DNA of 64,000 nucleotides from a virus: IMG/VR virus record IMGVR_UViG_3300020583_000139, positions 7,868-71,867 of that record. One strand, written 5' to 3'. A model generated the notes under the pieces. It saw nothing but the letters and a program-made list of their open reading frames with translations. It made no database searches and had not been told where the DNA came from. Of this stretch, positions 42,250 to 49,431 are shown one piece after another. Numbering within the stretch: the stretch's first letter is position 1; the number at the start of each line of letters is the position of its first letter. The position numbers and the translations under genes were made by a program.

Positions 42250-42672
42250 ATGAGCCAAGAAACCCAAAAGTTACGTGGGCGACCTGTGACATATAGTGAG
42301 GCGCGAGCTTCAGCACAACGCCTTATTAATTCTCACTTTGGCGGCAGCCCCGATCCTGCACGAACTTCTATCCCTGCACGATTCTCCGATGATGACCTAA
42401 CAATCATTGACTTCATTGAAGAACAGGCGGCGGCGCGTGTCGCGGTTATTCACGTCGAACGAGCGGAGTTAGCTCCTGGTAAGAAAGAACTTCTAACATT
42501 CCTCGCTAGGCCGGAAGACTCCTGGGGGCCAGCGGAATATGGCTTGGTGATTTGCGATGTTGTGCGCCACATCGCCAATGCGTTCAAGGTGCCCGATAAA
42601 AATGTCTGGTACTGGATTGAAAAAGAACGCGCAAAGCATACGACTCCTATCATTCAAATTCACCAAGCATAA
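42250..42672 (+). CDS. hypothetical protein (C-terminus DUF5076-like)
   Basis: W....YGL.I.D..RH.ANA motif. Confidence 0.5.
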   Translation: MSQETQKLRGRPVTYSEARASAQRLINSHFGGSPDPARTSIPARFSDDDLTIIDFIEEQAAARVAVIHVERAELAPGKKELLTFLARPEDSWGPAEYGLVICDVVRHIANAFKVPDKNVWYWIEKERAKHTTPIIQIHQA

Positions 42673-42683
42673 AAAGGAGAATT

Positions 42684-43475
42684 GTGAAAAAAACTTTGTG
42701 GACGGTGAATGTTGACAACTACGCTCCGGAGATGACCGCTCTCACGCATCCCTTGCTCAAGCGCTACGCGGAAAAGTGCGATGCAGAATTCCGCGTCATC
42801 ACCGAGCGCAAGTTTCCCAATTTCCCTCCTGTATATGAGAAGTTGCAAGTTTACGAGTTGGGGAAAGACAGCGACTGGAACATAGTGATCGATTCAGACG
42901 CCATCGTTCACCCGGACATGTTCGACGTGACGAATCATTTGTCCGGAGATACGGTCTGTCACAACGCAAACGACATGGCAGGGAACCGCTGGAAGTACGA
43001 CCGTTTCTTTGCACGGGACGGCCGGCACATCGGCTCCTGCAATTGGTTTACTGTGGGTTCCAATTGGTGCATCGAACTCTGGAAACCTCTCGACGATCTA
43101 ACACTCGAAGAAGCCGTTGCGAATATCAGCCCGACTGTCCACGAGCGCGCGACGCATTTGCGTCAGTGTCAGAATCCTCAATGCCGCTACGAGGTTCCGG
43201 TTAGCGAGACCTCCGATGTAGTCAGCGAATGCACACGCTGCGGCCAGAAGGCCAAGAGAATAAAAAAGGCAGTCATCAAAGCCGAGCATTTAATTGATGA
43301 CTACACACTCAGCCGGAATATCGCCAAGTACGGCTTGAAGTTCACGACCGTTCGCGCCATCCAAGAGAAACTCAACGAGCGCGGATTCTACCTGTGGCAC
43401 ATCTACACGGACACGCTCGAAGAGAAGTTGCGGAAGACAAAAGAGGTTCTCGCTGGATGGGGAATTGAGACATAA
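42684..43475 (+). CDS. glycosyltransferase-like protein (GT-A fold) with inserted Zn ribbon
   Basis: YA.K..A.F, EKL, IDSDA (DxD); CQNPQC...CTRCG insertion; AGGAG RBS. Confidence 0.65.
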   Translation: MKKTLWTVNVDNYAPEMTALTHPLLKRYAEKCDAEFRVITERKFPNFPPVYEKLQVYELGKDSDWNIVIDSDAIVHPDMFDVTNHLSGDTVCHNANDMAGNRWKYDRFFARDGRHIGSCNWFTVGSNWCIELWKPLDDLTLEEAVANISPTVHERATHLRQCQNPQCRYEVPVSETSDVVSECTRCGQKAKRIKKAVIKAEHLIDDYTLSRNIAKYGLKFTTVRAIQEKLNERGFYLWHIYTDTLEEKLRKTKEVLAGWGIET

Positions 43476-43676
43476 ATGGACCCAGAACTCATCGGCCCTG
43501 ATCCCGTGTGGAAGTGCATACGCGAGGGCAAGGGGCACATCTACTACGCCTTGGGCCTGGCATTTCTACTCACCGTCGCCGTGGCTGCCGGCGCACCGCT
43601 GTGGTTTTGCGTCATCACAACGGGATTGATCGGCGGAGTCTTTGCTGATTTGTGGGCTCACGAGGTACTTCATTGA
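43476..43676 (+). CDS. small two-TM membrane protein
   Basis: two hydrophobic segments; coupled to upstream stop. Confidence 0.5.
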   Translation: MDPELIGPDPVWKCIREGKGHIYYALGLAFLLTVAVAAGAPLWFCVITTGLIGGVFADLWAHEVLH

Positions 43677-43880
43677 TAGAACGCTTAACAATGATTTTGG
43701 AAAGGATTCATCCAGGTGACGAACCTCGCTGTTTCAAGTTATGGGCATGCCGCGGTGAAGGACGCGGATGTACTCGCAACACGTTTCGCAGAAGCAAAGT
43801 CCATTGTGAAGATTGCGTTGAAACCAAAAACGAAGAAACGATAGCGGAACTTATAACTAGAATGAATAGAGCCAATTGAC

Positions 43881-44303
43881 ATGGAAACCGAACGCCACCG
43901 CGCAAATTACATCGGTGCCCCTGAGTTTTTCCATTTGAATTCTTTATGCCGAATCCTCAATGACGCTTTCGGCTATCACAATTATCTAGTCGGCTCCTCG
44001 ATCATCAAGCGGGATTTCCGCGACGTGGATATCCGCTGCATCTTGGAAGATGAGGAGTTTGACCGGATGTTTCCGGATTCCAAAGGGACCGCTGGCACAG
44101 GCAAAGGTGAATGCTCCTGGGTGCATGACGCCCGATGGTCTATCCTATGCGCATCTATTTCGGAATGGCTGTCAACACGCTCCAACCTCAAAGTGGACTT
44201 CCAGATTCAGCGCCAGACGAACGCCAATGAGATGTATCCTCATGGACTAGGACACGAACGGCACGCATTGGGCCTATTCATCCATGAGGCTGACCGAACT
44301 TGA
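43881..44303 (+). CDS. minimal nucleotidyltransferase-like protein
   Basis: YLVGS.....RDVDIR.IL.D.EF and VDFQIQ (GS..DxD...D pattern). Confidence 0.7.
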   Translation: METERHRANYIGAPEFFHLNSLCRILNDAFGYHNYLVGSSIIKRDFRDVDIRCILEDEEFDRMFPDSKGTAGTGKGECSWVHDARWSILCASISEWLSTRSNLKVDFQIQRQTNANEMYPHGLGHERHALGLFIHEADRT

Positions 44304-44700
44304 GCCACGTTTCATCCGATACATTGACCGCGTTGAACCGCGTGAGTTTGCTGTCGGAGATCCGCTCACTTGGCGAGCTCGCGGCTGCCCCTCGGAGCGC
44401 CGTGTCGTCACCGTGCATTACACCCATCGCGTCGAAGCGCTCGCGGAAGCACAAGGGATTGAGTTCCTCTGCCCTGTGTGCTTTGCAAAGAATCGCGGCG
44501 CGGTTGGAACGCATTGGTGCGAAGTCTCCTTCGAAGGACGCGGCGTCAAACCCGCTCAGGGTAGTCACACGGACAAAGGTTTGCCGTCCAGATGGACAGT
44601 CTCAGGAACGAGCCTGGCAAACCTTACGTTGATGCCATCGATTAAGTTGGAAGGCGGATGCGCTTGGCATGGCTACATCACGAATGGCGGAATAAGTTAG
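44284..44700 (+). CDS. DUF6527-like metal-binding protein
   Basis: F.CP.C...H; W..SG....LTL.PSI....C.WHG.I..G. Confidence 0.65.
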   Translation: MRLTELEPRFIRYIDRVEPREFAVGDPLTWRARGCPSERRVVTVHYTHRVEALAEAQGIEFLCPVCFAKNRGAVGTHWCEVSFEGRGVKPAQGSHTDKGLPSRWTVSGTSLANLTLMPSIKLEGGCAWHGYITNGGIS

Positions 44701-45206
44701 GTCTGCTCCCACCAAATGCTTGTCTCTGGCACTAGCTTCGCGTGAGGAAAGAACGCTCTCACCGCGCGGTCTACGTCCCATCCTTCGGTGTAATCGTGGC
44801 CGCAGAATAAAGCGCCAGGAGCGCACCAAGCCAGCCAGTATTCGATGTCGTGGTACACGTTGTCATACCTGTGGTCGCCGTCGATGAAGACCATGTTGGG
44901 ACGTTTGTAGAGCCATTGCCCGATATTCATGTGGTCTGCGTGGACTGGCACGACGCGGCCTTTCGAACTGGAAAGATTCTCCTGGAATTTCCTGAATGTC
45001 TTTTCCTTCTCCCAGAGCATCTCCCAATTGTCTACCGCATAGACGGTGCCAGGGCAATGGTCTGCGAGCGCTCGAGTGGATCGGCCATAATAGCAACCTA
45101 ACTCGACGATGACATCGTGTGTGACCGCTTGCTCTGATAGCCACTGAAGTTCGAGACTGGACATCCATCCTTCGATTTCTAGAGCTGTTGAAATATTGAC
45201 CGTCAT
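44697..45206 (-). CDS. class I SAM-dependent methyltransferase (Methyltransf_24-like)
   Basis: GWM...EL..L, VELG.Y.GRST, AVD.W, FIDGDH.Y..V..D, GHDY. Confidence 0.85.
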   Translation of the reverse strand: MTVNISTALEIEGWMSSLELQWLSEQAVTHDVIVELGCYYGRSTRALADHCPGTVYAVDNWEMLWEKEKTFRKFQENLSSSKGRVVPVHADHMNIGQWLYKRPNMVFIDGDHRYDNVYHDIEYWLAWCAPGALFCGHDYTEGWDVDRAVRAFFPHAKLVPETSIWWEQT

Positions 45207-45241
45207 TCCATCTGTCCTCCTTCATTCCTTTGACGTTTTGT

Positions 45242-45616
45242 TCATGTCCCGGCTTTTTGCATCCACACTCTTTCACATTCTACATCCGCAAATATTACGT
45301 TATTCGCCTCCGCCCCCTTCCCTGCGCCTCCGACGAATGCGTGGCACCACTGACTGTTTATGAAATCACACAAGGAGTCTGCTAATTCTTTAGTGGGAAT
45401 GTCCATGATTAACCAAAAATCCACAACATCTATGCGCCCGTCAGATTGTCTTAGTTGCTCTTTGATGCCGAATGTTTTCCCTAAAGCGCATTCGTGATCC
45501 ACTCCAACCGTATATCTCTTTGCAAACGGAGCCTTGGTTAATTTCTTATAGACAGACGCTATGTTATCAGGGAAATAACAACGCTCTCCATTTAGTTTCA
45601 TTTTTCTCCTTCTCAT
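45242..45616 (-). CDS. hypothetical protein
   Basis: open frame with AGGAG before the second Met. Confidence 0.5.
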   Translation of the reverse strand: MRRRKMKLNGERCYFPDNIASVYKKLTKAPFAKRYTVGVDHECALGKTFGIKEQLRQSDGRIDVVDFWLIMDIPTKELADSLCDFINSQWCHAFVGGAGKGAEANNVIFADVECERVWMQKAGT

Positions 45617-45683
45617 TTATAGGGACAAAGCGGCTCGTGCTTCTCGCTTGCCATGACGGGTAGGATAGCACATTTTAGACCTC

Positions 45684-45716
45684 TTGACGTAAACGCTTAT
45701 TTATAGTAAACGTTTA
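45684..45716 (+). promoter_or_regulatory. promoter of the RAMP/repeat operon with two near-palindromic operator boxes
   Basis: TTGACG-17 nt-TAAACG; TAAACGCTTA (45690-45699) and TAAACGTTTA (45707-45716). Confidence 0.55.
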
Positions 45717-45748
45717 GCTCGCGGGGAATCCCGCAAAGGAGAAACTTG

Positions 45749-46432
45749 ATGAGCAGAGCAAACACAGCCGTCGCGATGGTCCCCAAAGGAGAAACTGGCA
45801 AGGTTATTCCAATAGTGCGGCCAACCATCAGTCATCTGGTCGCAATGATCGAAGGCATCACGCCACTTCTACAGAATCCGAAAACTGCGGATTATCTTCA
45901 GGCAATTGAGAATCCCGGAGATGCTGCACCGAGCAACAAAGTGAAAAATCCAGATAAGGAGTATAAGGATCGTTTGCGGGCCAGCAAGGGATTGTACCTG
46001 CACCCGGTCGAAGCATTCACTGGCCGCAAGGGAGTATTCCAATCAGCGGCTAAGGTGGCGCGTCTTCGCAAAATCAATTCGAAGATCGTAATGACTGGCA
46101 TAAAGATTGAACATGATCTCTTGTCCGAATTCGCTGATGGCATTCGGCCCTACATCGTCATCAACAGCAAGAGCGGCCCTGTCAACGACAAACACATTGC
46201 CGAGATCGAGAAAATGGGACGCCACATCCCCATCCCGATTTATCGCCCTCGCTTTGATGACTGGTCTATGGAACTCCGTATTTCCTATTGGCCGAGCCTT
46301 GTCAGTCTTTCAAACTTGATGTCACTTCTCGCTACGGCGGGGGAAATTGGCATTGGGTCCTATCGACCTGAGAATGGTGGAACCTTCGGGACGTTCAAGG
46401 TTTCATCGGCGCGGGAAGTTCCAAAGTTTTAG
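45749..46432 (+). CDS. solo Cas7/RAMP-like protein (Vipr-like effector)
   Basis: I.GITPLL.N first strand, P..AF..., YRP.F..W...., C-terminal glycine loop AG.IGIGSYRP..GG.FG.F.V; pentamer repeat array begins right after the stop codon. Confidence 0.75.
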   Translation: MSRANTAVAMVPKGETGKVIPIVRPTISHLVAMIEGITPLLQNPKTADYLQAIENPGDAAPSNKVKNPDKEYKDRLRASKGLYLHPVEAFTGRKGVFQSAAKVARLRKINSKIVMTGIKIEHDLLSEFADGIRPYIVINSKSGPVNDKHIAEIEKMGRHIPIPIYRPRFDDWSMELRISYWPSLVSLSNLMSLLATAGEIGIGSYRPENGGTFGTFKVSSAREVPKF

Positions 46433-46680
46433 CAGACTCGCAGCTAAGCGGAGCAAAGCCATGCGACGCTTGGCGTAGCCGAGCCTAGCAAAGCAAAGCC
46501 GAGCCTTTCAAACCCAAAGCGCAGCCAAGCTGAGCGCGGCGCGGCAGAGCGAAGCGCGGCGAGGCCAAGCGAGGCCTAGCACTTGCAAAGCACTTCAAAC
46601 TCGAAGCCTAGCGAAGCGAAGCCGAGCTTAGCCGAGCAAGGTTTAGCGAAGCAAAGCCAAGCATGGCCTTTCAAACTCGC
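46433..46680 (+). ncRNA. AGC-NN pentamer array 1: three guide-like segments (13, 15 and 13 units)
   Basis: strict 5-nt periodicity; delimiters TTCAAACCCAA (46507), TTCAAACTCGA (46594), TTCAAACTCGC (46670); leader CAGACTCGC. Confidence 0.8.
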
Positions 46681-46703
46681 ACCAATATTTTTAAGGAGGA
46701 TTC

Positions 46704-47294
46704 ATGGACAAAAGTTCAAAGACTTACATCCCGGCCCCTGGTTTCCACTTGTCGAGAACTGAAGCCAATAAGATCGGCAAGGCAATTGACATCTTTCTGA
46801 AAAAAGCTGGACGCGAACCAACGGTTGAGGAATTCGCAAAAGTGACTCGCGCCAGTTCCAATCCAGCCCATGCGGTCGTGGCTAAGAAATACAGAGAGAT
46901 GACTCGCACTGCATGGGCAAATGCCGCCGATTACTGCATTCGTGGTGTTGATGTAATATGGGTCTCCAGTGGCGGTGAAACATCGGCTCCTTCGAAGGCG
47001 TTCTACATTCTACAAATTCCAACAAGTGCGCCTGCTAGTTCCGAGGCAAGACTCATTTTGTCTCAGGGACAAGTAGCGCAATCTGCCGAAGCGCTGGCCA
47101 GCCAGGAATCGCTCATGCGCCAAACAATCCGCACGGCCTTTTGTGACTTCGCTGTCGTAGCCGGATTTGTGAAAGCGCGACAATCCGTGCTACTCCTTCT
47201 CAGCGAGTTGAAAGTACAATCTAGGGCGGAGGTGCATCATGGTCAGAAGGTGCGCACGTCGCAAGTGCGGCGTAAAATTCACACCGCGCATTAA
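46704..47294 (+). CDS. accessory protein of the RAMP/repeat locus
   Basis: AAGGAGG RBS; T.EE.......SNP.H.........A...A...IR pattern; sits between the two arrays. Confidence 0.7.
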   Translation: MDKSSKTYIPAPGFHLSRTEANKIGKAIDIFLKKAGREPTVEEFAKVTRASSNPAHAVVAKKYREMTRTAWANAADYCIRGVDVIWVSSGGETSAPSKAFYILQIPTSAPASSEARLILSQGQVAQSAEALASQESLMRQTIRTAFCDFAVVAGFVKARQSVLLLLSELKVQSRAEVHHGQKVRTSQVRRKIHTAH

Positions 47295-47379
47295 GTCACA
47301 ACGTTTCCATTCTCCGAAATGCAAGAATGCGGAAGCGCAGGCAAGATTTAGGACACGAAGCGTAGCGAAGCCAAGCTGA
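47239..47379 (+). CDS. 46 aa Zn-finger-like protein (not in ORF track)
   Basis: GGAGGTG RBS; MVRRCARRKCGVKFTPRIKSQRFHSPKCKNAEAQARFR...; C-x4-C...H-x3-C. Confidence 0.65.
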   Translation: MVRRCARRKCGVKFTPRIKSQRFHSPKCKNAEAQARFRTRSVAKPS

Positions 47380-47481
47380 GCGAAGCCGAGCGACGCCTAG
47401 CGGAGCGGAGCGAAGCAATTCAAACCCAAAGCGCAGCGCAGCCTAGCATCGCGCAGCCTAGCACAGCGAAGCGAACTCAAA
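47359..47481 (+). ncRNA. AGC-NN pentamer array 2: two guide-like segments (12 and 9 units)
   Basis: same periodicity; TTCAAACCCAA delimiter at 47419-47429; ends ACTCAAA. Confidence 0.78.
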
Positions 47482-48318
47482 TCATGCGGCCAGTTTTTGG
47501 AATCCAGAAAGTTTTATGAATTGACCGCGAGTTACCCGGAGAATTCGTCCTCCCGTGAAACATTTCGTGGGCCACGCGATAATATCCAGCGAGATGAGCG
47601 GCAAAAAGTTACAGCGGCAATTTGGGAATTCGCCAGCCAATCCACGTCCAAGAGTGGAGGGTTGTCCGATCAATGCCTCGGGCTGAGGGGGATCATCAAA
47701 GCGCATTAGCGCGCCATCTAGATTTTTGTGCGATGGTCTTACGCGCTGGTCCTTTGCCGTAATCCATTGTCCCCATTGAAGCCCTAAATCTTCTGCTCTT
47801 GCTCTTGTTAATGCCGTGCTCGCTTTTGAAGTTTCTGTCCGTGCAATCAATGCGGCCCGCGCCTTGGTAATCTGCGGGACTTTCTTCCGTAGATAATCTG
47901 CAATTGTTTCTGGTCGTAGACCTTCGAGTTGTAGTCTAGAAATTTCATTGTTCACTTCTTGGCGAATCGTAGCGGGAATCGAAGAGATAAGTTTGGCATT
48001 CTCGGCGACGAGTTCGTGGACGCGCTGGCCTACGCCGGTTTCCATTTCCTTTTGTAAGGCTTCGAAGATTTCACGTCCGCGGCTGGCTTCGCGCGCGGCC
48101 TCCCGCCAAGATCGTGCATTTACCACTTTGATTTGCGTGACCATGCGCCGCGCGATCGATGCTGCAAGGGATTCCAGTACCTCGGGAGTGCGTGAAAGAT
48201 TGGCGAAGGCTTGGAGCACGCTGTCAGGCGTGAGGTCATCAGGCAGGAACTTTCCTATTAGCTTTTGTATTAGCCTGCGATATTCCGTCTCGATGCGGTT
48301 TGGAGGATCGAACGGCAT
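47482..48318 (-). CDS. minor head morphogenesis protein (Mu gpF/SPP1 gp7-like)
   Basis: RA.LIARTE.SK, W.T..D.RVR.SH..L.G, G..PNCRC. Confidence 0.9.
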   Translation of the reverse strand: MPFDPPNRIETEYRRLIQKLIGKFLPDDLTPDSVLQAFANLSRTPEVLESLAASIARRMVTQIKVVNARSWREAAREASRGREIFEALQKEMETGVGQRVHELVAENAKLISSIPATIRQEVNNEISRLQLEGLRPETIADYLRKKVPQITKARAALIARTETSKASTALTRARAEDLGLQWGQWITAKDQRVRPSHKNLDGALMRFDDPPQPEALIGQPSTLGRGLAGEFPNCRCNFLPLISLDIIAWPTKCFTGGRILRVTRGQFIKLSGFQKLAA

Positions 48319-48348
48319 AGCGCGAGAATATCACGATAGAAACCGAAA

Positions 48349-48395
48349 CCCCTCATTGGAATCAACACGTCGGTTGAACGACTTCCAATGAGGGG
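48349..48395 (-). terminator. long hairpin downstream of the tRNA cluster, probable intrinsic terminator
   Basis: perfect 13 bp stem CCCCTCATTGGAA/TTCCAATGAGGGG plus inner stem; followed by TTTCGGTTTC on the minus strand. Confidence 0.55.
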
Positions 48396-48462
48396 CCACG
48401 GTCACTGCGTCTTGTTTTTAGGTTGTAACGTGCGAGAGTCCTTCGTTTTCTCTCGTCAAATT

Positions 48463-48539
48463 TGGTCGGGAACCTCGGATTCGAACCGAGAGTCTCGTGC
48501 TCCCAGGGCACGCGGGTTAAGCCGTTTCCCTAGTTCCCG
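48463..48539 (-). tRNA. tRNA-Pro(UGG), atypical C33
   Basis: cloverleaf CGGGAAC/GTTCCCG-A-CCA; anticodon arm CGTGC-CCTGGGA-GCACG; TTCGAAT T-loop. Confidence 0.88.
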
Positions 48540-48540
48540 A

Positions 48541-48612
48541 TTGCGGTGACTGGATTCGAACCAGCGACCTACGGATTATGAGCCCGTCGCGCTACCTCTG
48601 CGCCACACCGCT
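48541..48612 (-). tRNA. tRNA-Met(CAU), initiator-like
   Basis: ACGGG-CTCATAA-TCCGT anticodon arm; unpaired 1:72 (A:A); no encoded CCA. Confidence 0.88.
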
Positions 48613-48618
48613 GTAAGT

Positions 48619-48647
48619 TTTATACGCTCAAGGGATTGCTATGTCAA
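48619..48647 (-). promoter_or_regulatory. sigma70-type promoter directly upstream of tRNA-Met
   Basis: TTGACA-17 nt-TATAAA. Confidence 0.8.
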
Positions 48648-48651
48648 GAAT

Positions 48652-48737
48652 TGGCGGAGGGTGGACGAATCGAACGCCCGTCATCTCTGACGCCCTGGGT
48701 TTCGAGTCCAGTTGCCGGCCATTTAGCAGCACCCTCC
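48652..48737 (-). tRNA. tRNA-Ser(CGA)
   Basis: loop CTCGAAA, long variable arm, G73, encoded CCA. Confidence 0.88.
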
Positions 48738-48789
48738 GATGGAGAGTGCGAAGATGATTCGTTCGTCATAGCGGTAATCCTATCACATT

Positions 48790-48875
48790 TGGCGGAGCAG
48801 GAGAGACTTGAACTCCCACGTCCTTTCGGACGACAGATTAGCAATCTGTTGCGGCTACCATTTCGCCACTGCTCC
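48790..48875 (-). tRNA. tRNA-Ser(GCU)
   Basis: ACAGA-TTGCTAA-TCTGT, long variable arm, G73, CCA. Confidence 0.92.
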
Positions 48876-48880
48876 AAACT

Positions 48881-48972
48881 TGGTGCGCTCTATCGGACTC
48901 GAACCGATACGGGCCTACTTAGGTGCCAAGAGATTTTAAGTCTCTCGCGTCTGCCAATTCCGCCAAGAGCGC
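48881..48972 (-). tRNA. tRNA-Leu(UAA)
   Basis: AGAGA-CTTAAAA-TCTCT, long variable arm, A73, CCA. Confidence 0.92.
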
Positions 48973-48982
48973 AAAATAAAAA

Positions 48983-49078
48983 CGGTCGCTGGCGGTGGGA
49001 TTCGAACCCACATTTCCGGGCCTTATGGTTATTGTGCCCGGCGTACTACCAACTCATTTTGTACTACGCCATGGACCG
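48983..49078 (-). ncRNA. aberrant tRNA-like RNA
   Basis: canonical T arm and D stem, but a 14-nt anticodon loop, an extended interrupted acceptor stem and no CCA. Confidence 0.65.
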
Positions 49079-49134
49079 CTTGGGTGTCATCATCCGGCCC
49101 AGGGGAGCGCGGAGTGGTAACGCGAGGGATTCTA

Positions 49135-49431
49135 TCACGCTTTGCGCCACAGTTCGATGAACCTGCCTTGCGGGGTCTCTGGCTGCCATCCACGGCGCCG
49201 CAACATTCCTTCGAGCCGATCGCTCACGACATTCCAGATGACAACATTTGTTGGCAAGGAATCCAAGAAGCGTCCTACATCTCCGCAGCCTTCACGCACA
49301 GCCTTCAATTGCTCGATGCGAATGAACGTACCGTCATCCGTAGCCCATCCCAACACGCTAGGCGCGAGTAGATCGAACTCTCTGCATTCTTCGTCGAAAG
49401 GATGGACAGGGAAAGTGAGTGTCGTGCTCAT
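49135..49431 (-). CDS. hypothetical protein (possible GNAT-like fragment)
   Basis: A...G.G...RFLD.L...V..V...L..ML.RRGW pattern. Confidence 0.45.
   Translation of the reverse strand: MSTTLTFPVHPFDEECREFDLLAPSVLGWATDDGTFIRIEQLKAVREGCGDVGRFLDSLPTNVVIWNVVSDRLEGMLRRRGWQPETPQGRFIELWRKA

Noticed and set aside
43416-43451. Guide 3 resembling LEEKLRK in the glycosyltransferase
   Set aside because: Six of the first seven dinucleotides match but the remainder does not; compatible with chance
46433-47481. Classical CRISPR array or simple microsatellite
   Set aside because: There is no 23-50 nt repeat with unique spacers and no cas1/2/6. Variation is confined to two of every five positions with regular delimiters, unlike slippage-derived satellites.
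48636-49160. 174 aa plus-strand ORF over the tRNA cluster
   Set aside because: Antisense to tRNA genes; the translation is tRNA-derived
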